A DNA stretch of 64,000 nt from an uncultured Sulfolobales archaeon (lineage in GTDB: Archaea; Thermoproteota; Thermoprotei_A; Sulfolobales; NBVN01). The notes beneath the pieces are model-generated. The model did not search any database and was not told the DNA's origin. It saw only the letters and a program-made list of their open reading frames with translations. A program made the translations under genes and the position numbers. Location: the NCBI GenBank assembly GCA_938045815.1, contig CALIBI010000022.1, positions 8,034 through 72,033 of the forward strand, read 5' to 3'. This document shows, in pieces, positions 46,943 through 56,582 of this stretch (positions are counted from its first letter, which is position 1; each line of letters starts with the position of its first letter).

Positions 46943-46993
46943 TCGAAATCGATCCTGAACTGTCGAGCAGAGAGTTTCCGGCTTTACTCTACA

Positions 46994-47224
46994 TTACTCC
47001 GAGGTTTTCTTACCTACCTCAACCACTTCCTTACACTTGAGTTGCTTAATGAATTCTTCTAACTCGTTCAGAGGTATTTTTATTGTGTAGAGATATCTTT
47101 TTGTTCTAGCTTTAACCTTAGCTATCCCTTCTTTCTCCTTCCTAACAACTCTGCATATCTCGGCTCTAGCAGACAACTCTATAAACTTGTTTTTATCATA
47201 TACTTCTACAGGCACTTTACTCAC
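46994..47224 (-). CDS. rpl38e: Ribosomal protein L38e
   Basis: 76 aa. 'AKVKARTKRYLYTIKIPLNELEEFIKQL' aligns by eye with eukaryotic RPL38 '[29 protein letters not shown]'. Confidence 0.7.
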   Translation of the reverse strand: MSKVPVEVYDKNKFIELSARAEICRVVRKEKEGIAKVKARTKRYLYTIKIPLNELEEFIKQLKCKEVVEVGKKTSE

Positions 47225-47381
47225 CCACCTACATGAAGCCTTATCTTCTATGATTGAGTAAGCTTATAAGTTTTGAGTGTTTGCTCAAGCACGCTGACCT
47301 CCTTGGAAGAGATTTCAGGAGGTCTCTCAGTAGGTCATAACATTTTTAACCTGTAATATGTGTTGATAGGTTAGGTAGTGC

Positions 47382-48857
47382 TTGATGAGTGCTGAGAGAG
47401 ATTTTAGGAAGGGTTTAAGAGAGGAACTACTAAGAAACGGGATTAACCCGTATCCCCACGTACTTAGCTTAGGTTACGTACCTATTAAAGACATAGTTGG
47501 TAATCCTAGGTCAGGTGATGTGGTAGCTACTGCTGGCAGGGTAGCTGGTCTTAGGAGGCATGGTAAGCTAGTGTTTGCGGACTTAATAGATGATGGTTAC
47601 AGGATACAGATCTCGGTAAATTCCGGTAACGTAGGTAATGAGAGATTTGAGTGGTTTATGAGGTACGTCAACTTAGGTGATTTCATAAATGTGAGGGGGG
47701 AGCTCTTCTATACTCAGAAAGGAGAACTAACTATAAACGTTAGGGAGTATCAGCTAATAGTGAAGGCTCTGAAATCACCTCCAGTTAAGTGGGGTCACAA
47801 GATACTAGATCCTGAAGTTAGGTACAGGAAGCGGTACCTAGATTTAATGATGACTCCTCAAGTAAGGAGGATTTTTGAGATACGCTTTAACACCATAGCT
47901 GAGATAAGAAGGTTCATGTGGGGTAAGGGCTTCATAGAAGTTGAGACCCCAATACTTCAACCAGTTTATGGTGGTGCTGCGGCAAAACCATTCATAACTA
48001 AGATCCAGGCACTTAATGAGGACTGGTACCTGAGGATATCACTCGAACTATACTTAAAAAGGTTCTTAGTAGGAGGGTTTAATAAGGTTTTCGAGATAGG
48101 TAAGAACTTCAGGAACGAAGACATAGACGTGCAACACAACCCGGAATTCACGATGATGGAAGCGTACCAAGCCTACGCAGACTACGAGGATGTTATGAGG
48201 CTTACGGAAGAGCTAATAAGCACGGTAGCTGAGAAGGTTATCGGGACCACCAAAGTAAGCTATCCTCTTGATGGATCTCAAGTAGAGATAGACTTAAGAC
48301 CTCCTTACAAGAGAGTTAGGATGATTGATGGTCTGAAGGAATTTGCTGGGGTAGACGTTGAGGTATTGAGTGATGAAGACTTAAAGAATCTCTTGAGAAC
48401 ACACAGTCTTTCATTACCTGGTGGTTACGATAGGGGTAGAGCTATAGCGAAACTATTTGATAGGTTAGTAGGTGCTCAGCACCTAATACAGCCTACCTTC
48501 GTGATTGATTTCCCAGCATCATCCTCACCTCTAGCAAAACCGCACAGACTAAACCCTGAATATGCTGAGAGGTTTGAGCTGTATGTGGCTGGTATGGAGT
48601 TAGCTAATGCTTTCACGGAATTGAATGACCCAATACTGCAAGAAACTTATTTCAGGCAAGAAGAAGAGAGGAGAAAATTAGGTGATGCTGAAGCTCACCC
48701 ATATGATTGGGACTTCATAGATGCTCTTGAGTATGGGATGCCTCCGGCAGGTGGTTTAGGATTAGGGATAGATAGACTAGTGATGATACTTACAGGGCAA
48801 ACCTCAATTAAGGAAGTAATACCTTTCCCTATGATGACTCGTTCAGTTACTCAATAA
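47382..48857 (+). CDS. lysS: Lysine--tRNA ligase, class II type
   Basis: N-terminal OB anticodon-binding domain; 'YGGAAAKPF', motif 2 'FRNEDIDVQHNPEFTMMEAY', motif 3 'GLGLGIDRLVMIL'. TTG at 47382 or ATG at 47385. Confidence 0.9.
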   Translation: MMSAERDFRKGLREELLRNGINPYPHVLSLGYVPIKDIVGNPRSGDVVATAGRVAGLRRHGKLVFADLIDDGYRIQISVNSGNVGNERFEWFMRYVNLGDFINVRGELFYTQKGELTINVREYQLIVKALKSPPVKWGHKILDPEVRYRKRYLDLMMTPQVRRIFEIRFNTIAEIRRFMWGKGFIEVETPILQPVYGGAAAKPFITKIQALNEDWYLRISLELYLKRFLVGGFNKVFEIGKNFRNEDIDVQHNPEFTMMEAYQAYADYEDVMRLTEELISTVAEKVIGTTKVSYPLDGSQVEIDLRPPYKRVRMIDGLKEFAGVDVEVLSDEDLKNLLRTHSLSLPGGYDRGRAIAKLFDRLVGAQHLIQPTFVIDFPASSSPLAKPHRLNPEYAERFELYVAGMELANAFTELNDPILQETYFRQEEERRKLGDAEAHPYDWDFIDALEYGMPPAGGLGLGIDRLVMILTGQTSIKEVIPFPMMTRSVTQ

Positions 48858-48880
48858 TTAATGACGCTACTTTAATAGTT

Positions 48881-49954
48881 GTGTGGAATATTTGTTGGTG
48901 TAGTGGTGTGAGGTTAGTTTGCTGGAGATGCGGGTTTCAGACTGAGTATAGGCCGGGACTATACACGTGTGAGAGTTGCGGTGAACCACTCTTAGTAGAT
49001 GGTGATTTTCGTGAGTCCCTAAGGAGAGAAGGCACACTAATCCCTCAAGAGTTAAGGACCGTGACTCTGGGTGAGGGTAAGACACCCCTAATAAAATCTA
49101 GGGAGGGCATCTACCTAAAGCTAGAGTATCTTAATCCCACAGGTTCTTTTAAGGATAGAGGTGCTGCTACAGCAGTCTCGGAAGCTTTGTGTAGGGGCTG
49201 TAAACTAATTATTGAAGATTCTTCCGGTAACGCAGGAATTTCTTACTCTGCTTATGCTGGGCGTGCTGGCATAAGAGCCAGAATATACGTACCGTATGAC
49301 GCGCCTCCAGGTAAGAAAAACATGCTTAGAGCTCTAGGTGCTGAGGTGGTGGAGGCTCCTACGAGAGATGAGGCTGCTAGACTCGCTGTAAACGACCAGG
49401 AGGGGTGTTACGTAGGACACAGAATCAATCCCTACTTTCTGGAAGGAATGAAGGACTTACCCCTTGAGTTAGTTAAGGAGCTTGATGATGTAGACTATGT
49501 CGTAAGTCCGCTGGCTAGCGGCACTCTCTTAATAGGTTTGTGGAAAGGTTACAGAGAGTTGGTTGAGGTAGGGATGGTTAAGCATGTCCCGAAGTTAGTG
49601 GCTGTTCAAGCTTGTGGTTACGAGTCGCTCGCGAAGTACTATAAGCCTTACATGAGTGTCTGCAGGTCTAAAGCTCAACTCCCTGACGGGATAAGATTAA
49701 CGGATGCTCCAAGACTACAGCATATGGCTGAGATACTTAGAGAGTCAGAAGGTCTGTACGTGGTAGTAGATGATGAGTTAGTATTACCCTACTTGAGAGA
49801 ATTATGGAGGGAGGGGGTAGTAGCCGAGCCTACGAGTGCTTACGGTTACGCTGTAGCTAGAGAATTAGTGAAGGATGGCAGTATTTCTGGGAGGATCGTA
49901 GTCATATTAACAGGTAACGGCATCAAGCATGTTTCAGGAGGTATGATTCTATGA
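48881..49954 (+). CDS. thrC: Threonine synthase (short archaeal type with N-terminal Zn ribbon)
   Basis: 'CWRCG...CESCG' ribbon, PLP-Lys motif 'LNPTGSFKDRGA', 'DSSGNAG'. An alternative GTG start lies at 48908. Confidence 0.8.
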   Translation: MWNICWCSGVRLVCWRCGFQTEYRPGLYTCESCGEPLLVDGDFRESLRREGTLIPQELRTVTLGEGKTPLIKSREGIYLKLEYLNPTGSFKDRGAATAVSEALCRGCKLIIEDSSGNAGISYSAYAGRAGIRARIYVPYDAPPGKKNMLRALGAEVVEAPTRDEAARLAVNDQEGCYVGHRINPYFLEGMKDLPLELVKELDDVDYVVSPLASGTLLIGLWKGYRELVEVGMVKHVPKLVAVQACGYESLAKYYKPYMSVCRSKAQLPDGIRLTDAPRLQHMAEILRESEGLYVVVDDELVLPYLRELWREGVVAEPTSAYGYAVARELVKDGSISGRIVVILTGNGIKHVSGGMIL

Positions 49955-50904
49955 GTGTTGATATTACGAGACTTATTAGTGGGGCTCTCAAGAAAGATAA
50001 GGTGTCAGTAAGTAAGCTAATAACCTTAGTTGAGACAAATCCTCTAAACTCTATCTCAGTCATCATGAGAATCCCGTATCAGCCCAAAACCACACACATA
50101 GTAGGGTTTACTGGAGCTGCTGGTGTGGGTAAATCTACACTAATAAACGCTGTAGCTACCCTACTAGCTCGTGAGGGCGGTTCCGTAGCTATCATAGCCG
50201 TGGATCCTAGATCACCTATCACCGGGGGCGCTATAATGGGTGATAGGGTTAGGATGAAGGACGTACCTAAGGAGGTTTACGTTAGGTCTATGACTACGCA
50301 TGAAGAGGAATCTCTACCTCTGAAAACGCTACTCACTATCGAGTTGCTTGAGCGCTTAGGATTTGATTACGTAATCTTGGAGACTCCTGGAGCAGGACAG
50401 TTCAGTACCAGAATCATGAGTGTTGCTGACACGATAGTCGTTGTTCTGATGCCTGAATCCGGTGATGAGATACAGGCTATTAAAGCAGGCATAATGGAAA
50501 TAGGAGACATATATGTAGTGAATAAAGCTGACTTACCAGGAGCTAACCTAACCTATAACCAAGTACTTTTTGCACTCAACTCAGCAGAGAGGAGAGGGTG
50601 GACACCGAGAGTTATTTTAACTAACGCGTTAAGCATAGCTAGCGTAGAGCCGCTAGTAAGTGCTATCAAGGATCACGCAGTATTCGTGAGAAAGATCGGG
50701 CTAAACATAGAAAAAAGAACACTAAGAAGATCTCTAGAGCTCCAGCTAATAATAGAAGAAGAACTCAGCAAGGTAATCAAGGAGGTGAGCACCCCCCAAA
50801 CTACTTTATTTAAAGAATTTGAAAAACTCCTGAGAGATGGTGGATCGTTAAAGGAATTCCTTAAGAGAATAAAAGAAGAGGTATCTAGCAGAATTAACGA
50901 GTAA
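49951..50904 (+). CDS. meaB: MeaB/ArgK-type G3E GTPase (methylmalonyl-CoA mutase accessory protein family)
   Basis: P-loop 'GFTGAAGVGKSTLI', 'ETPGAGQ', 'VNKADL'. ATGA overlap with thrC. Confidence 0.85.
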   Translation: MSVDITRLISGALKKDKVSVSKLITLVETNPLNSISVIMRIPYQPKTTHIVGFTGAAGVGKSTLINAVATLLAREGGSVAIIAVDPRSPITGGAIMGDRVRMKDVPKEVYVRSMTTHEEESLPLKTLLTIELLERLGFDYVILETPGAGQFSTRIMSVADTIVVVLMPESGDEIQAIKAGIMEIGDIYVVNKADLPGANLTYNQVLFALNSAERRGWTPRVILTNALSIASVEPLVSAIKDHAVFVRKIGLNIEKRTLRRSLELQLIIEEELSKVIKEVSTPQTTLFKEFEKLLRDGGSLKEFLKRIKEEVSSRINE

Positions 50905-50952
50905 ACCCGTCAATAGTTCTAACCCGACAGAACCAACGAATAGTTCCTAATC

Positions 50953-50961
50953 TTTATATAT
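50953..50961 (+). promoter_or_regulatory. TATA-box-like element upstream of tRNA-Pro
   Basis: 'tttatatat' centred about 31 nt upstream of the mature tRNA 5' end. Confidence 0.5.
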
Positions 50962-50987
50962 CTTTGAGTTTTTAGTTTTGTTGGGTG

Positions 50988-51061
50988 GGGGCCGTAGTTT
51001 AGCTTGGTAGAATGCGGGGCTTGGGTCCCCGTGGTCCGGGGTTCAAATCCCCGCGGCCCCA
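50988..51061 (+). tRNA. tRNA-Pro (anticodon UGG)
   Basis: Hand-folded 74-nt cloverleaf: acceptor GGGGCCG/CGGCCCC, anticodon arm CGGGG-CTTGGGT-CCCCG, T arm CGGGG-TTCAAAT-CCCCG. No encoded CCA and no intron. Confidence 0.9.
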
Positions 51062-51159
51062 CTAAACAACGCTATTAATGAAGAAGCGTAACTATACTTC
51101 CGTGACCCGGTGTCTATGTTTGTTTATTCTTCCTAACACGACTCCCCTGTGTAAGCTCA

Positions 51160-51845
51160 TTAATTTACGATATTTCCTACCCCCTCATTACTTATTAGTC
51201 TGCCATCAACTTCTATTATCTGTGTTACTTCTGCTGCTGTTCCGGTGAAGAATGCTTCATCACAAGTGTAGAGTTCTTCTCTCCTAATTCTTCTTCCCAC
51301 GACTCTTAATCCTAGAGCTTCAACAGTAGCTAAGTGGTAGAGTAGGTAAAGCCCAGTAGCCTTAGCTGTCACAGAGATTGAGTCTGCTGGGTTTCCTCCA
51401 AGAAGAGGTAGTACACCTGACACCTGAGGACTTAAGATACTTACCAAACTCTAAAGCTATGATCGCTACCTCCACAAGATCTAAAGACTTCAAGCCGAAG
51501 TCACCTAAGCCTCTGAAAGCTGTAGGTCTCACGTATATGTCTACTCTGAACTCGTTAACTTAATAAGCTCCACTACTGCTTTAACAAGACTCTCAACAGA
51601 GTACAGTATATCAATGTATAGCATCTTTGCTGACCTATGAAATCTCCTCATATGATCCTCAAGCCTAAATACCTTAATAACGCCGCTATCGTAGTAACCT
51701 CTCAAACCCTCGAAAACACCTACCCAACGATGTAATCCGTGAAGAGAATACGTGAACGTTTGCTTCACCCCACCCAACAATGGAGTTATTCAACCACACG
51801 TATTTTGTCCACTCACCAGCAGCGGTAAGTCTCTCCACAATCACG
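51160..51845 (-). pseudogene. ilvE: Branched-chain amino acid aminotransferase (class IV, ilvE-like) pseudogene
   Basis: N-terminal blocks sit in two frames ('YVWLNNSIVGWGEANVHV' then 'VGVFEGLRGY...FRLEDHMRRFHRSAKML'). The C-terminal block 'EELYTCDEAFFTGTAAEVT' lies in a third ORF. About 90 central codons are missing. Confidence 0.75.
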
Positions 51846-51863
51846 TAAATAACGACTATGTTT

Positions 51864-51941
51864 TGGTGGGCCCGCGGGGACTCGAACCCCGGACCTCCGC
51901 CGTGTGAGGGCGGCGTCCTAACCAGGCTAGACGACGGGCCC
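51864..51941 (-). tRNA. tRNA-Val (anticodon CAC)
   Basis: Hand-folded cloverleaf: acceptor GGGCCCG/CGGGCCC, anticodon arm CCGCC-CTCACAC-GGCGG, T arm CGGGG-TTCGAGT-CCCCG. The 3' CCA appears encoded (51864-66). No intron. Confidence 0.9.
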
Positions 51942-52652
51942 TAACCACAAAAAACATAAAACAAACCTAATAAATCTTCAGTCACAAGTCGCTTCAAGTA
52001 GCTCTAAGGTTGAGTGATACGAGAGATTGTATGTGATTTTAACGATTTAAACATCACAGTGAGTGAGGAAGGTTTGGATGTCATTCACTCCCATGCATCT
52101 AGGGTGTGCTCCTAGATCTTGAGTATCCTTACCACGAATATTTCCACACTTTCATGGCGGCATTAATTCTGGGACCTTGAACAGGTTACGTGCTGTATGT
52201 TTCGAGGAGGTTCCTAAGGAGTCTCTGGAGAGCTCTACTCCTGGAAGTTGAGGGTGGTGTTAGACTAGGTCAACACATGGTTTTCGTGTTCTTGAGGTAT
52301 ACATTATATGTTACGCTTGACTCCCCCACTATACGTAGATATAAAGCCTTTCTATCCGCTGGCCATAAACACACTCCTCAAGCCAAATTTCTCAATACTT
52401 ATGTACGCGATAACTTCACTCATGGGAGTTTACGACATAACCTACTACTTCCACTTGCTCATACGCAATACTACGAGAATTCAGTATTAATTTAGGTTGA
52501 GATCTTCTGGACCATGAATTACAAATTCTATGAAGAGCTTACTGAAAAGCTTGTCAAGATAGTTCTTAAAACCTCTAAGAATCAGTCATTACTACAGAAT
52601 ATGAGTAATCAATTTCTGTGCAGGGAGTTCCATTAATTAGTAAGTTTGTGTT

Positions 52653-55600
52653 TTATTTCTTGATATTTTTAATTTCTTCGTAAAATTCTTTTAAGACGTT
52701 TTCTGCTTTTTCATTACCTGCTTCTATTAGGTCTATCTTTTCTTGAAGTTTTCTGGTTCTTTCCTCATTGATTAAGTTACTGAATTTCTCGTTGAGGAAC
52801 CTAAATACTTCCTCACCTCTAGAGGTAGCTATTAACTTACCCTTACCTACCTCAATAACGTAACCTCTCCTCCTAAGTATGTCCAAGATCTTAGCGTATG
52901 TTGATGGTCTACCTATACCTCTGTTCTTCATTAGCTCTACTAAATCACTGTAGGTGTATAGTGGGTATTCTGGCACGGCTCTAGAACTCACCTCAAGAAC
53001 AGCATACTCTCCGTCTCTTAAGTCGCCGAGACTAATAACGTTAAAGTACCTGTTTAGTTTGCTGAATCCTTCCTCCACTATCTTAGTAACGAAAGAGAAT
53101 TCTTTAACGAAATCATTGAAAACTAACTTAAACGAGGTCTTCTCTACTTTCGAAGGACTCATCTGACTAGCTATGAATCTCTTGAAGATCAGATCGTATA
53201 GTCTGTAATCATCAGGTCTTAAAGGTACTGCGAAAGAAATTACGCCAGCAGCTTTCAGAGTCTTAATCTGTTTGGAGTCAAGAGGTCTCGTAGGTCTTAT
53301 ACACTCGTGAGCACCTTCTTTCTCCCACTTCCTACCTTGGAAGAAACCCTCCCCGAAAACTCTCTGTATGTAGTCTCTAGCTATAGAAATACCTAAAGAA
53401 CTAACGGTAGTGCTGTCTGTTCTGTGATAAGTTATGAGTCCAGCCTCAAAAAGTCTCTGAGCAGACTCCATGACCTTGCTAGCAGAAACTTTCAAGACCT
53501 TAGTAGCTTCAGAAAGCATTGTGTCCGTCGTGTAGGGAGGTGGTGGGTAGACCTCCTGAAGACTTGTTCTGACATCAGTTAAAATGACTTTGCCAGCTTT
53601 CCTGAGAGAGTCAGCAAACCCTTTAGGCGCTTTAAAAAATAGGGGGACGTTAACCCCCTCAAGCCTTAAAGTCACTAATTCAGCCTTAGTTTTGTGTTTG
53701 TTTGTACGATCAACAATCCAGCCGAGAACAGGGGTCTGCACCCTCCCGGCAGAAAGGAAATTAAGGTTGAATTTCCTCCATAATATAGGGCTTAAGCTAA
53801 AACCGATCCACCTATCCTCAATCCTCCTAACTATCTGAGCATGAACCATAGACTTACTAACTGAAGTTAGGTTACTGAGCGCTTCAGTTAATCCCCTACG
53901 AGTAACCTCATGGAATTTGACCCTGTAGATGTTATTGTTCAGAGGCTTAAGCAGTAAGGTCACGTCCCAGGCTATTTTCTCACCCTCAGCGTCAGGATCC
54001 GTACCCACCAGGATCTCATCTACTTGCGATGCTAGCTTCCTAAGAGCTTCTATGACCGGTCTGCTCTCAACGAATACCTTACCACCACACGAAGGGCACG
54101 TCATCTCATCTTCAGGCACGTCTCTCCCACACTTAACACATCTTCTTATTGGCTTGTATATCGGTTTGAAAGAAGAACCCCTCACCAACACTCCGAAGCG
54201 TCCAGCATCAGTTACTAAGTCCAGGATATGTCCTCCAGTAGCGGTTATTATCATCAACCTATTCTCAGTAAGTACTTCGTAAGTCTGCAAGCCACTGATC
54301 ACTCTTCTGGTAGGCCTCCCGAAGAGTCTAGCTATAGTTCTAGCCTTATTAGGTGACTCAACTACGAATAACGTTGTCTTCATGAGTTCTTTTGCCTTAA
54401 TCCTTAACTTGCCTTCGAGAGCCTGCTTAACCTTCTTCCTATCCTTATTTACCTCTTTCAAAACCTCGGTAACAAGTTTCTCGTCATACTCAACAAACTC
54501 AACAGACTCTAGTAACCACTTAAGATCTCTTAATAAAGCGTTGTACGCTTTCTCTTCATCAATTACTAGAACGCTTAAACCCTTCGTGAGACCTCCTACG
54601 TAAAGTCTTGAAGTTCTCCCGCTTGCTTGTATGTAAGCTACTGCGTCAGGTATTATGAAGAAGTATTCTCCCTCCCTACCACCAAACGTTATAGTCTCAC
54701 TCTTTTTAAGTCTCTCAACCACCTCAGGATCTCTCAGTACCTTATTCATGAAGCGTAACGATTCCTCAGCAACTCTCCTTACGAACTCCTGATAATCGCT
54801 GAGTTCTTTACCACTCCTCAAAGCTTCACGCACTAATTCTAGAGTATCCCTACCCGCCGTCCTGATCCTGATTAGGCCTCCTAAAACCCTATCGAATTCC
54901 TCCGGGTATTTCTCGTACACGGCTTCTCTAATCTCATTAAGCAATATTAACCATCTACTCGGCTGGAAGTCCTCCACACTTATTCTTAACTTAAATTTAG
55001 GAACTCCAGCAAACACAGCGTATCTTATTCTTTCAGGTAGGTCAATACCTCTAGTTAGGGGGCTTCTATAAGAAGCAATACCTACTAGAGCTTCTAACTC
55101 TCCTTCAACAAACTTACAAAATACTTTCTTTCTAGAACCTAAGTAAGCCTCAACCTTGAGTCCTTTTTCTTTAAGGAAGTCTGTTAATTTCTTCACGTAC
55201 TCAGTTCCTTTATCCATAGGAACATAAATAAGACCGCCACCGCGTAACTTCCCACCGCGTAACCTCCTAATAATCTCAGCAACAACTTCTTCGATAGTTT
55301 TGTTGTAGGGTCTAATGTAGAAGTCAGTGATGTTTCTCCCTACCTCTGTTTTACCTCCTACTGTGAACCCGTAGAGAGTGTTAAGCATTCTTACTGTTTT
55401 CGTTCTTCGAGCTGTTTGTGTAGCACCACTAACTATTACAATACCCTTAACTTTCCCTTGGAGAGAAATTCTTAACTTGTGTGCTTCATCAAGTACTTGC
55501 CTGGCTTCCTCAGGATTTTCTAGAGCTAATTTCCTAGCCTCGCTCTCAAGCTCCTGTATCTTGTTAGCTAGTTCTTCATCTTCCTCCGTCACGCCAAGCA

Positions 55601-56240
55601 TCCTAAGAACTATCTCAACGCTCTTACTCCTCCTAAGAAAACTATCCACATCATCTATGAAAGCAATACTTAGCGGCTGCCTCAACTCAGGCTTCTTCAT
55701 TAGCGAGACCGGGGTAGTTATTATTATTGAAGCCTCACCAACCTCCATAACGGCTTTCTTCTTGTTTTTCTCTGTCATTAAGCTGTGGTAAGCTACCACC
55801 CCCACATTACTTAATCCTAGCTTGTCACGAATGCTGATGGTCTTGTCGTATACTTGACTAGCTAGCAGGCTTGTAGGAACTAATATTAAGGATTTCTTGC
55901 CTTCCTGAGCTGCGTATAGAGCTAGTATGATCTGCATCGTAGTTTTGCCGCTGCCGGTAGGTGCTATCATAGCGAAGCTCTCGTTATTAAAGAACCTGCG
56001 AGCCCAGAGTCTCTGAAGACCCCACATCCTAGAATTAACTACTTTAAGAAATATCGCATCTACTTCCTTAACCTTCTCCTCAATAGTTTTGAGCTTACGT
56101 AAGTACCCGTCCTTCATCAGCTTCAGCTTACTCCTAGGAGGTAAACAACTCTTGCAAGGCATTCCATTAGCTAACCTACTCGATTCTATGTCGCCCTCAC
56201 AGTTAGGGCACAAACCCCTGAACACAACCTCTATAGTCAT
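52653..56240 (-). CDS. rgy: Reverse gyrase
   Basis: 1195 aa. N-terminal Zn finger and helicase-like 'APTGSGKTT', fused to topo IA (TOPRIM 'VVESPNKA', 'GTDPDAEGE', active-site Tyr region 'ITYHRTDS'). Confidence 0.97.
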   Translation of the reverse strand: MTIEVVFRGLCPNCEGDIESSRLANGMPCKSCLPPRSKLKLMKDGYLRKLKTIEEKVKEVDAIFLKVVNSRMWGLQRLWARRFFNNESFAMIAPTGSGKTTMQIILALYAAQEGKKSLILVPTSLLASQVYDKTISIRDKLGLSNVGVVAYHSLMTEKNKKKAVMEVGEASIIITTPVSLMKKPELRQPLSIAFIDDVDSFLRRSKSVEIVLRMLGVTEEDEELANKIQELESEARKLALENPEEARQVLDEAHKLRISLQGKVKGIVIVSGATQTARRTKTVRMLNTLYGFTVGGKTEVGRNITDFYIRPYNKTIEEVVAEIIRRLRGGKLRGGGLIYVPMDKGTEYVKKLTDFLKEKGLKVEAYLGSRKKVFCKFVEGELEALVGIASYRSPLTRGIDLPERIRYAVFAGVPKFKLRISVEDFQPSRWLILLNEIREAVYEKYPEEFDRVLGGLIRIRTAGRDTLELVREALRSGKELSDYQEFVRRVAEESLRFMNKVLRDPEVVERLKKSETITFGGREGEYFFIIPDAVAYIQASGRTSRLYVGGLTKGLSVLVIDEEKAYNALLRDLKWLLESVEFVEYDEKLVTEVLKEVNKDRKKVKQALEGKLRIKAKELMKTTLFVVESPNKARTIARLFGRPTRRVISGLQTYEVLTENRLMIITATGGHILDLVTDAGRFGVLVRGSSFKPIYKPIRRCVKCGRDVPEDEMTCPSCGGKVFVESRPVIEALRKLASQVDEILVGTDPDAEGEKIAWDVTLLLKPLNNNIYRVKFHEVTRRGLTEALSNLTSVSKSMVHAQIVRRIEDRWIGFSLSPILWRKFNLNFLSAGRVQTPVLGWIVDRTNKHKTKAELVTLRLEGVNVPLFFKAPKGFADSLRKAGKVILTDVRTSLQEVYPPPPYTTDTMLSEATKVLKVSASKVMESAQRLFEAGLITYHRTDSTTVSSLGISIARDYIQRVFGEGFFQGRKWEKEGAHECIRPTRPLDSKQIKTLKAAGVISFAVPLRPDDYRLYDLIFKRFIASQMSPSKVEKTSFKLVFNDFVKEFSFVTKIVEEGFSKLNRYFNVISLGDLRDGEYAVLEVSSRAVPEYPLYTYSDLVELMKNRGIGRPSTYAKILDILRRRGYVIEVGKGKLIATSRGEEVFRFLNEKFSNLINEERTRKLQEKIDLIEAGNEKAENVLKEFYEEIKNIKK

Positions 56241-56550
56241 GTCTCAGTACCTGTACTACCCATCCTAAAATACTACTAGAACGTATAGGAGCTTAAAAAT
56301 ATGAATACCAACAACAAACTCAACTAAATTCTCTTCATAACATAGTTAAAAACCAAATAAGTTACTGCGAAAGACTCTCTTAGCTGATTCTCTCATTCTT
56401 TCGTGAAGACACGAAAAGTAATACCCATTAACCATAATAATACGGGTTTCACAGATAATGAAAAGTTGTTTAGGTATTATTCAATTACTGATGACTAATA
56501 TTCTTCAGGTCTTAAAATAACCTAGTCACCACGTTTTTTATGAAGTTACG

Positions 56551-56562
56551 TAAATAATATAA
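56551..56562 (+). promoter_or_regulatory. TATA-box-like element for the RHH gene
   Basis: 'taaataatataa' centred about 27 nt upstream of the ATG at 56583, suggesting a leaderless or near-leaderless mRNA. Confidence 0.45.
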
Positions 56563-56582
56563 TGGTGATACTAATGTTCGTT

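Noticed and set aside
47297-47325. 8-bp hairpin gacctcct-(13 nt)-aggaggtc in the rpl38e/lysS divergent region
   Set aside because: It is an isolated stem with no adjacent T-tract or box motifs. It sits in a promoter region where it could be part of either 5' UTR, and there is no basis for a functional call.
51864-51866. Genomically encoded CCA at the 3' end of tRNA-Val, while tRNA-Pro lacks it
   Set aside because: A mixture of encoded and non-encoded CCA is common in archaeal genomes and may be coincidental, so it is not noteworthy on its own.
52190-52495. Overlapping 101-aa and 60-aa plus-strand ORFs downstream of tRNA-Val
   Set aside because: These are two mutually overlapping frames with implausible composition and no motif. 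Six-frame reading of the region gave only short fragments. I treat the region as non-coding or decayed DNA (see the decay-zone finding).
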